From positions 27,590,001 to 27,654,000 of the forward strand of contig NC_043017.1 of NCBI RefSeq assembly GCF_006345805.1: a stretch of DNA of 64,000 bases, in the 5' to 3' direction. The stretch is from Octopus sinensis. Lineage: Eukaryota. A model generated the notes under the pieces. The model was not told where the DNA came from. It did no database searches and saw only the letters and a program-made list of their open reading frames with translations. The translations under genes were made by a program, and so were the position numbers. Positions within the stretch are counted from its first letter, which is position 1; each line of letters starts with the position of its first letter. Below, in pieces: positions 53,512-64,000 of this stretch.

Positions 53512-53720
53512 ACGCCATGATAGATCGTTAGCTCCTACACGCATTTTTTTCTCTCCTTGTTTCTCTCCTTGTTTTTTTCCTGTGTATCTTTCTGTCGAAG
53601 AGCGTAGGCTCGAAACGTAAAGACTTGTTCTATTTCTATTCCTGATCGCTATACTAATACATTTGTTTGTTTGTACTCCACCTGCCTTCGTCTTTTGTTT
53701 ATTTTCGTAAACTTTCCCGT

Positions 53721-53722
<2 letters not shown>
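53512..53722 (+). mobile_element. TA-embedded ~210-bp element with hammerhead-like hairpin, copy 1
   Basis: ctgtcgaa-GAGC-gtag-GCTC-GAAA-cgta; homologous to 59905-60100. Confidence 0.7.
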
Positions 53723-53758
<36 letters not shown>

Positions 53759-54874
53759 GAGAGAGAGGGAGTGAGAGACGGACAGACAGACAGACTGATA
53801 GTTAGGTAGATAGATAGGCACTGCATGTGGGTACGTATTTAAGAGTGCATCTGTAGATAAACCCAGTTCATTAATAGCTTACTTAGCGAACTCAGTCTTT
53901 CTTCATTTCGCATCACATCTTCCAATGCAATTAACCAAATCAGAATCCTTCCTTGATGCAGATTTAAATTATTGTCATCGCTCTAAAACTTCAACCCACA
54001 ACCATTTGAACTTAATTTTCTGCAACATCCCTTCCATTTACAATCTGCAATTCGTACCTCCCAATCATCCGCCCTCGCATTCATCTCATATCACTGAACA
54101 ACTCGTACTTGCCCGCCCTTTCGTATGAGACTAATTACAATTAAGAAAATCAAACATTAATTAGCAAAGGAGTTACTTCACAACTAATCAAAAAATTCAT
54201 TTCCCTTTTAAAACATATTGTGATTATCCAGTAATTCTGTGTCTTTCAAATTCGCACCTGATACGCTGAAAGGTGAAACTCCAACACGCGCTCGTGTCAC
54301 ACCAGCGTCAGCTTAACCTAATATATTTCTTTTATTAATTTCTGTCATTGGGGCGGGGTTGGGAGCGCTGCCATGCTGGGGAGGGAACTGTCCACATTGG
54401 GTTTCATCCTATTTCTCTTTATTTGTTGTCGATTGAATTAACCTCCTGTAATTACTTTGGTATTAGTTTCATCTTGTGGACCCCAATTAATCAGCTGTGA
54501 TGAAGGAGGCATTTTTCATATTGTGTGTGTGTGTGTGTGTGTGTATGAGTGTGTGTATACAATTGTGTGTATGTTGGAGATTCATAAAGATGTTAGACAA
54601 TCGTACACATCGCTGAACTTCACAGAATTCTTCAGTCGAATGAAAGTAAACGGTATGAATTACATATGCTCAATATATTATATACACATTTATACACATA
54701 TTCATATACATATATATAGATATATATATATACATACACATATATTCGTACACATACACAGACCTATAAATATATATAGAAATACATATATACACATATA
54801 TACGTAGACATATACATACATATATATATATATACACACAGACATACATATATACATATATATTCATACACATA

Positions 54875-54922
<48 letters not shown>

Positions 54923-55591
54923 TACATACATATATACACATATATTCATACACAGATATATATATATATATATATATATATACTTACGCACATATACACG
55001 CTTGTACCCACAGTCAGAAGCATACATATACACATAAAATTTTATACGTGTTTGTATTCGCAGCCATTCAGGCACGTGGCTGTACACGCCTGCGTTCGTG
55101 CATGTTTAAAATCAATGATTGCAAATCTCGCATTAGCAATTGTTTAATTAAATAACCATAATACATTGGGAGATTTTAATTACGACACTGCAAACAAATT
55201 ATGAAACAAAATTAATTTAATATGCACAAATCCATGTTTATAATTTTCACTATTTGAAGAGCATAAACATTTATTTTTAAAAGCTTTTCAATATGAGTTT
55301 ATTAATCGGCTTTGATGTAAATAACGTAAGGACAGTCACTCCTATAAACTTCTATTTAAATCTAGACGCTTTATTTTAATCACATTGAGAAAATATATTT
55401 ATGTCCACATTAATAATTATCGCTTGGCGCCGTTTTTATAATTCTTTGCTCGTACATTCTGATGAGGTCACCTCGGTTGTTAATCGATCTCCTAGGAGAA
55501 AAAAAAAATTAAAAACTGAAAGCTACACTATTTTTAAAAGAAATAAATCGAGGCGGTTAGGATAATGTAGACGGTAGTTATAAGGTCTGAA

Positions 55592-55816
55592 AGGCGGCGA
55601 GCTAGCAGAATCGTTAGCACGTCGGGCGAAATGCTTAGCGATATTTCGTCTGCCGTTACGTTGTGAGTTCAAATTCCGCCGAGGTCGACTTATCCTTTCG
55701 GGGTCGATAAATAAAGTACCAGTTAAGCACTGGGGTCGATATAATCGACTTAATACCTATGTCTGTCCATGTTTGTCTCCTCTATGTTTAGCTCCTTGTG
55801 GGTAATAAAGAAATAT
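55592..55816 (+). mobile_element. SINE family B, full length with 18-bp TSD
   Basis: gtagttataaggtctgaa at 55574-55591 and 55817-55834. Confidence 0.95.
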
Positions 55817-55865
55817 GTAGTTATAAGGTCTGAATATAAAGAGGTTAGGCGAAGTCATGAAGACT

Positions 55866-56170
55866 GGAGGATCGAGTAATCTGCAGAAAGTGGACTCGCA
55901 GTGGAGGGATCGCGGGTTCGAATCCCAGACCGGGCGATGTGTGTGTTTATGAGCGAAACGCCTAAGCTCCACGCGGCTCCGGCAGAAGGTAATAGCGAAC
56001 CTCTGCTGACTCTTTCGCCACAACTTTCTCTCATTCTTTCCTCCTGCATCTTGCAGCTCACCTGCGACGGACGGACGGACCGGCGTCCCGTCCAGGTGGA
56101 GAACCTATACGCCAAAGAAACCGGGAAACCGGCCCTTATGAGGCAGGCGTGGCATGAGAAGGAACAAACT
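55866..56170 (+). mobile_element. SINE family C with a V-SINE-like 3' segment
   Basis: gggttcgaatccc B-box; cctgcgacggac..ggcgtcccgtccagg resembles a segment seen in V-SINEs. Confidence 0.8.
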
Positions 56171-56512
56171 ATCTACTGAAAACAATAGCGTTAGTAATTT
56201 CAGGAGAAAGTGATGCTTTATCTCCCTTGGAAAAAATCCTTCCTTCCACGGCTCAGGAGCTACCTTAGCTAAAACGTATTACAAGCTCAATCAGTACCTG
56301 TATAGCGCTTTATCTGCCTGTCTATCTGTCCGTCCGTCTGTCTGTCTGTCTGTCTCACTCTCTCTCCCGTTTTCTCTGTGTTTCTCTCTCTTTCTCTGAC
56401 CCATTCTCTATCTGTTTCTCCCTCTAAGTTTTTCTCCCATCCGTTTTGTTTTTCTTTCACTGCTTGTGTCTGCTTTTGTATCTGTGTCTATAACTATTTT
56501 TCTCCCTTTCTT

Positions 56513-56551
<39 letters not shown>

Positions 56552-56924
56552 CTGCCTTTCTCTCTCTCTCTCTCATACACACACCACTTGGATTTTCCGC
56601 TGAGTCAATTTTGTGCAGGATTACTTGACAGCTAATTATAGGGGAGTTTAAGGAGAGAAGTCATGTCCGTCGCCTCTAGAACTTAAATGGCATTTTATAT
56701 TACAAATACGGAACGGATGCAATGCAAAGTTGCTCTCACCAGGATTTGAAATCAAGCGTAAAACCAGAAGACTTTCCCCAAGGAATTCTTTTGTCTGACG
56801 TTCTAAAGACTCTACTACGTCATCGCATTAACGTAGTCATGGATAACTCTAAAATCGTGATGGCCTTCGCTGGAATGATTAGCTCCAGTGCTTACAGCAA
56901 TAACAACAACAAAGACAACACCAG

Positions 56925-57085
56925 TATGGTGGAGGCGCAGTGGTTAGGGCAGCGGACTCGCGGTTGTAAGAACGCAGTTTCGATTCCCAGATCAGACATT
57001 GTGAGTGGTTATTGAGAAAAACACCTAAGCTCCACGAGGCTCCGCTGTACCCTTTCACCACAAATTTCTGTCACTCTTTCTTCCT
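56925..57085 (+). mobile_element. SINE family C, diverged 5' part
   Basis: cagtggttagggcagcggactcgc..tttcgattcccaga..cacctaagctccacgaggctccg. Confidence 0.78.
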
Positions 57086-58104
57086 ACTCCCACTGCAAAT
57101 CAGAGGAACCATGGTGTAACCCACTATGGTGTGGTGAACTTTCAGACCCTAATCTCTAGATTGCGAATCCTCTGTACCCCGGGATAATTCAGCTCTCCAC
57201 CCTTTAAAAGCCAGCGTTTACAGAATGAGGATAAAAACGTAGGTTTTGCGCCTGTGCAACCGCCAGTCTATCGCGTGTGGTGGGTGGATCTTCAAGTGGC
57301 CACACGCATTCTTAGTAGCTTAGAGTAGGCTCGAATGCGAGATTATTCTTTGTGGCTATTGGCGTGAGTCCTCATTGGCAGGAGGAGAAGAAGAAGAAGA
57401 AGATAAAGAAGAAAAAGAAGATACCAGCATGCATTTATGAAACGAAACACCACATTTATGTCTCTGTTTTTCAATATATACAGTTTTCGTTTTCGACATG
57501 TCGAAAGCACTCCTTATATCCAGAATGGTTAGTTGCGAAAACTAGAAATATTTCAGAAAGAAGTGGCGTATACTTAACTAGTAATTTGATTAAGAACGTG
57601 CAACGGCGAATGGCAGTAATGAATATATAGAAAAGTGCTGGAAACTATATTTGTTCTTTATAGTTTTCTAATATTTTAGATTCAAAATGTGATTTGAACG
57701 TGGAAGATAAAAAAAAAGAAGAACCAGCAAAAGAAAATTAAAATCTGCGTACATATATCAAATTTAATTCTGAAGCCAAGCTAAAAATATATTTAAAAAA
57801 TAATACAAAAATGAAAGAGTAAATAGTAAAATGAATGACATTTTAACTTCATACTCTGTGAACCGTAAAAACTAAATGAAACAGCTTCATTATGTTTGAG
57901 GGCAAAGAAACTAACTGCGACTTAAAAGACTTCCCTTTCATAGAGACGGACATGGAGAGAAACGAATAAAATGGAAAAATTATTCTAAAATGTGTATGTT
58001 TTTTTTTAGCATTTTTTTTTTGCTCTTTTTTTATTTTTAAATTTTGGTTTTATTTTTGGACTTTTCCCATCAACTTATACCGTAATCATTAAAATGTAGT
58101 AATA

Positions 58105-58955
58105 TTGATGATGGTGATAGCGGCGGCAGCAGTGGTGGTGTTGGTGTTGGTAGTAGTAGTGGTGGTGATGATGATGATGTCGTTGATGATGATGGCAATG
58201 ATTGCGACGATGATTTTGGTGATGATGATGATTACGACAATGATTATGACGACAACGATGATAATGATAACGATGATGACGACGCCGATGATGATGATGA
58301 TAGTGATGATGATGATGAGGTGGCAGAGGAGCAGGAATGATGATGATGATGATGAGTGGTGGCGGTGATGCTGTTCAGTGTTCTGATTGTGCTGATGGAA
58401 CTTGTTAATGATGTTGGTGATGAACTCAAAGACATCGACAATGAAACGGCGGGGGTCGAGCAAAACGACGACGACGAAGATGACGTGTAATACTGGCATT
58501 CCTGCCGCCGTCGCCGCCCCTGCTGCTACTGCTGCTTCTGTCACTTCATCATGATCAGGAGGATGGTAGTGAGACCGATTCTGGTTTGGCGGTACTACTA
58601 GTGGTGTTGTTCAAAGTAACAGTAGTGATAGTGGTGGTGGTGGTGATGATGATGCTGGAGATGGGATGATGATCATGATGGGATGATGATGATGGTGATG
58701 AAGATGATGGCATGATGATGATGATAATGATGGAGATGATGAGATGATGATGATGGAGGTGATGGAGATGGGAAAAATGATGATCGCGGTGAGGCTGATG
58801 TGTCTGAGCGTGGTCGTGATGTTGATGATAATGGTGGTACTTTTGATGATGATTATAATGATGATGGCGATGATGATGATTATGATGTGATGATGATGAT
58901 GTTGATGATGATGATGTTGATGATTATGATGATTATGTTGATCGACGGGGATGAT
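58105..58955. repeat. (GAT/GGT)n trinucleotide region with a central complex island
   Basis: Direct; less repetitive GC-rich core at ~58365-58620. Confidence 0.9.
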
Positions 58956-59472
58956 TGTATAAGTACGAAGCTAATGTATTATTAAATTACACTTTCCACA
59001 AAGTGAAAATATATATGTTTTTTTTTTTTGTGAAGCCTTAAAATATTTAACATGACTTTAAAAGAAAGTAGAATATTTTAAGTATTCCATAGAGAGATCA
59101 TTCATATTCGGAAGATATGTCTTTATCGTAGTGTAACTTCAGCTCATTCATTATCCGCGAGATGTTTTTAAACAAAATTCTTTCTATCGCGACCGTAATG
59201 TTTTTTTTATATGTTTTCGAATTCAGCCATTTTAAATTTCAAGTAGTTTTAGTTAACTCGTTTGAAGTTAGTCAATGGTGGTTTCGCCTGTTTTTTTCTT
59301 TGATATCTTACGACAAAATCATTCCCTTATCGTTCGCTTAATTCACGTAATATATGTATTAATATAAATATATATGTCCATATATATGTGTGTGCCTATG
59401 TGTGTTTGTGTGCGCGTATATATATATGTGTGTGCGTGTATATATGTATATATATAGATATATATATATATA

Positions 59473-59890
59473 CCGGAAAAAACACATAAATGTGAAACAG
59501 GGTGGAAAAAAGAGTACTCAAATACCAGTGGTAGAGTAATATGCTTTACTTAAAGCAGCAGAAAATCCAACCAAACTTGTTACTCTGAGTTTCCCGGGTT
59601 TTGTTGAATTTTCTGCTGCTTTAAATAAAGTATGTCTGTATATATATATGTATATATATGTATGTAAAATAATATGTGACAATTATTCAATAGCCAAGAT
59701 AAAACTCTGAGTTTCGGATGCCGAAGTGGAAATCCACAACATCATCTGTACGGTTATCGTCATCATCCGAAACTCAGTTTTATCTTGGCTATTGAATAAT
59801 TGTCACGTATTATTTTACAGATACATTTCCTCTATTTACATAATATTGAGGTCTCCTTTCTTTCTTTTGTTATCTTAACGCTTTTACCAA
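59473..59890. mobile_element. Two TA-delimited fold-back elements with hammerhead 3' halves
   Basis: Hairpins 59541-59633 and 59664-59818; both contain actctgagtttc (minus strand GAAACUCAGAGU). Confidence 0.7.
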
Positions 59891-59904
59891 TATATATATA
59901 TATC

Positions 59905-60100
59905 ATTCGCCAGGATAGATTGCTAGCCACCACACATTCTTTATTTTCCCACCCTGTTTCTTTCTCTGTTCCCTTCTGTGGAAGAGCGCAAGCTCGAAAC
60001 ATTAACGACTTTTTCACTTCCCGAGCGATAAACTAATACATCTGTCTGTTGTCTACCCCACCTGTCTTCGTCTTTTGCTTTTTGCGAATTCTCCCCACCT
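59905..60100 (+). mobile_element. TA-embedded ~200-bp element, copy 2 of the 53512 family
   Basis: cgcca.gatagat..tagc..ctgtggaa-GAGC-gcaa-GCTC-GAAAc..ctaatacat..ccacctg.cttcgtcttttg. Confidence 0.7.
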
Positions 60101-60627
60101 ATATATGTATATACACATACAAATATACACATATATATACACCTATATACACACACACATACATAGATATAGATATATATACATATATATAGTTATGTAA
60201 ATAAAATGAATAGTCTTATATCCATGTGTGCGTTTATGATCGTGTTTGTACGCGCGAGCATTGTTGCTTTCTGGGTAACAATAACTGAATGTTCTGTGAC
60301 CTATTTAATAACATAGTTACATTCAAAGTTTCGTTTCATATAATGCAATGATACGTATTGGAAAACAAATGCATAGGAACTTCATGCGCTCATCAGCTGC
60401 AACTCCTACGATACAGAAGTTAAATAAGCTTAAAATTACACACACTGGCCTCTTACACATCAATAGCAAATCATAACCATTTGTTCATGACACAACGTAA
60501 TCCCTCGTATATGATATGCGAAATTAAAACTAATTCCTCATCGCTGGAACGCCTCAATGCGATACGGACTTTATATGAAACAGAGCACATGTATGTATGC
60601 ATGTATATATGTATACGATGTATATAT

Positions 60628-60691
<64 letters not shown>

Positions 60692-61734
60692 GGGTATCGT
60701 CAAGTTTTTACCGCACACGTAGGGAATTTATATTAGTTTTATAAAAGGGTAGTTTATCATAAATCAAGCGCACTATGTGATCTGAAGCAATTCATGCTAG
60801 CATACAACGTACATTGAATATAGCTTCTGAAATATATTCATGATCCCTAATGAGTTGTAACATATATTTCGATGTACGCCCATCGCACATCGCTCCACTC
60901 ATCAATGGATTTCTCTACCGAATCAGGCTACCAGATACTGATTTTACATGCAACATTCTAAAAATCTCTAAAAAAAAGCTGTTATCGCTTCTGAATACAA
61001 TTTCATTTCTCGGGGATTTCTGCATGTATTTATTTATTGTAATATATATTTTCCCTTGGCGAAAATCATTGATCTGATACGTTGTACAAAGTTACATAGT
61101 TCATTAAGAGGGAATGGATATTCTTTGGTAAGAACTGAATCCGCCTCTACCATAGCTGCTGAAATAATACTAACAATACTGAGGAAAAACACACGTTTGA
61201 ACTGCTCGCAAATTTGTACTTAATTTATTTTCCCACTGCCTAATTAGGTGATTCATCTGCTATTTCTTGCCCCTCTAGCAACCATATGGAGCAGTAACCC
61301 ACTGAAAGTAGTAGTGAAAAATTTAAGCTTTGGGTTTTTCTAACGAAGAATATGTTGAGCTGTGTAGATGTACTTCTACTTTGTCGGTGAATATAGAAAC
61401 AGATTTGGTAGTTACAGCGAGAATAAAATTCCATCTTAGGTCTATTGGGGCAGAGCTGAACTGATGACGATGGGCAACTCTCGACATGCAGTTGAATGTA
61501 TTATATTTACTACAATTACTGCAGGTTACAGTCATTAATGACCCCTCGGGGCCATCACGCATGTGAATTAACTCAAGAACAATGATGAAATTTCTTGGGA
61601 AAGACATATTTCACTTCCTCGGGGTGCAGAGGTAATCAGAGATTAAAAAATATTTAAATTGAAGAGCGACTTCAGATAGAAGACGAGTGACAAACCTCAT
61701 CTCTTATATATAGAACTCACTCTATGTATCTCTC

Positions 61735-61755
61735 TATCTCTCTCTCTCTCTCTCT

Positions 61756-61810
<55 letters not shown>

Positions 61811-61950
61811 GATAGAGAGAGATGAATAGACTGACAGACAGATAGATACATAGATAGACAGATAGGTACATAGATAGAGAGATAGAAGGATAGATAGATA
61901 TAGATATATAGATAGATACATAGATAGATAGATAGATCGATAGATAGAAG
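61735..61950. repeat. (TC)/(TA)/(GATA) microsatellite
   Basis: Direct. Confidence 0.92.
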
Positions 61951-62741
61951 CAGTAAGTAGAGGAGTATTACAGATTGACAGTAAACATAAATAGACAAAT
62001 TAGGAAATGACTTTTGAACACAGGTGTTAATATCTTGGATGAAATGAAGCGAAAAAGAGTTGGAGTGACTTCATCCGGAAACCAAAACCACAGTGTGCAA
62101 TATATGTTTTCCTGGGACTAATATAGTTGACGTTTAGTGAACTGCTGAACATACCATTCCACTTAAACTCTCTCCTCTTGAACTTCCTCTTTCTTCCTTC
62201 CTTCCTCATCTTCATACCTCTCTGTCTTTTTCTTTCTGACTCTCAATCTCTCTTTCTCTCCCGTATTCTATTTTTATTCAATACGATCAACAAGATTTGT
62301 TGCACGTGTCATCATATAAGTACTGAGATGCATTTTCACGCATGAAAGACAAAAAAAAAAACGAAAGAAAATATGAAATGAAAGAAAAAAAATAATAGCA
62401 ATATGTAATATCTAAAGTAATCATAACAATAATGATAATCATAATATTTAATTGCATGTGTGTGGAAAGTACACATGTACCACTTTCTTCAAATATCGGG
62501 GGAAATGGGGAGACATTGATTAACAACGAATAATTGACATATATAACAGATTACTTGCGAATGTCTACCAACAGATTCCTGCTCCTGGAATGCTACATTC
62601 TAGGGCGCAGAAGTAGAAAAAGTGTTGTGGAAGTGTAGGCGTTACGCATGCTTAAAATTATATCCCCTTTATGTTACTGACGATGCCAATGGGACTAAAA
62701 GTGCGTATTGTCACCTAGAATTCGAAATGTTGAAATGGATT

Positions 62742-63160
62742 GGCGCAGGAGTGGCTGTGTGGTATGTAGCTTGCTAACCAACTACAGGGTTTTGGCTTCA
62801 GTCCCACTGCGTGGCATCTTGGGCAAGTGTCTTCTGCTATAGCCCCGGGCCGACCAATGCCTGGTGAATGAATTTGGTAGACGGAAACTGAAAGAAGTCT
62901 GTCGTATATATGTATATATATGTAAATATGTGTGTGTGTATGTGTTTGTGTGTCTGTGTTTGTCCCCCTAGCATTGCTTGACAACCAATGCTGGTGTGTT
63001 TACGTCCCCGTCACTTAGAGGTTCGGTAAAAGAGAACGATAGAATAAGTACTGGGTTTACAAAGAATAAGTACCGGGGTCGATTTGCTCGACTAAATGCG
63101 GTACACCAGCATGGCCACAGTCAAATGACTGAAACAAGTAAAAGAGTAAAAAGAGTAAAG
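62742..63160 (+). mobile_element. SINE family A, full length
   Basis: ggcgcaggagtggctgtgtgg head to (AAAAGAGT)n tail. Confidence 0.93.
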
Positions 63161-64000
63161 AGAGATACCATAAGGAATCTCACTGGCCGTTCTTATAATT
63201 CTGCACATCCATTTCCCTAGATTGATATTATTATGAACCACGAAAACGGTAAAGAAACCATGGAACTAGTCGGTTTTGAACTCAGAGTGCAGAAATCTGG
63301 AATATCCTCCATCGACTTTGTCAATTCCATTCAAACATACACACATACACATACTGCGTTCACACAAATAGACACATACATGCACCAACTCACGCACACA
63401 TACTCACACATATTATCATCACCTTTACAGAAATTGTTTTCATTTTTGGTGGTGATAATGATCGTAATGAATGATAACTACTTTATTGGGTTTCATTTTA
63501 CTCCCTAATTTGAATTCTCTAATATCAAAGCAACACAGATATGATTTTATTAAGTCAGACTACCAGCTTTAATAAATATAATCCGTGTATTATCTCATTG
63601 ATCCAGGATTAAATGCCAACGAAGATAGATCCAATATATAGGTTAATGACTCCAGCTTCCGCATAGCAAAAAAAAACAACAACATATATATAAAGACAAA
63701 ATAACGAAAAAAAAAACAAAAAAAAACGGAAAATTAAAGAACGAACTCAAATAACACACACCAATAAAATCAGCAATCTTTGAAGTAATCACATATAAAT
63801 TTCAATATATTAGATTTCAATGATTCTGCAAATTGCTTCTTAGACTTTAAATTGGAATATTATTCTAGTTCCTTGTTTATTTCTTTATTTTTTTTTTAAT
63901 GATAAATCGACATAAAATAGTAAAGTAAAATAACGAAAAATTGGGTAAAAAAATTTAGGAAGTAGAGGGTGAAGGAAATCATTAACATCGACGTACTTCA

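Noticed and set aside
55455-55480. CTGATGA followed by ggtcacc
   Set aside because: No downstream GAAA
61457-61495. CTGATGA hammerhead core
   Set aside because: No GAAA or stem III after the putative stem II
61524-61631. ag..gt-bounded candidate exon
   Set aside because: Stops in all three frames

Overview
AT-rich, repeat-dominated eukaryotic DNA. The SINE families and the extreme (TA)n/(CA)n load suggest an octopus/coleoid cephalopod genome (inference). No intact, recognisable host gene is present: nearly all ORF-track entries are microsatellite or SINE translations, and there is only one plausible terminal exon (19567-19760) with a possible upstream micro-exon. The window holds ~25 tRNA-derived SINE copies of three families (labelled A, B, C here), decayed RLE-type (R4/Dong-like) LINE fragments mostly in (TAA)n tracts, an RTE LINE 3' end and Tc1/mariner relics. 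The most notable signal is a set of short, non-coding, often fold-back elements mostly embedded in (TA)n tracts. Several carry minimal type-I hammerhead ribozyme motifs with palindromic stem III, the Penelope-like/retrozyme architecture. One is near-canonical inside a ~553-bp partial tandem (31285-31336), one is complete but has G17 (25152-25250), and others are variant or truncated, two of them with a compensatory change in the palindrome. Coordinates were read by eye and may be off by a few bases.
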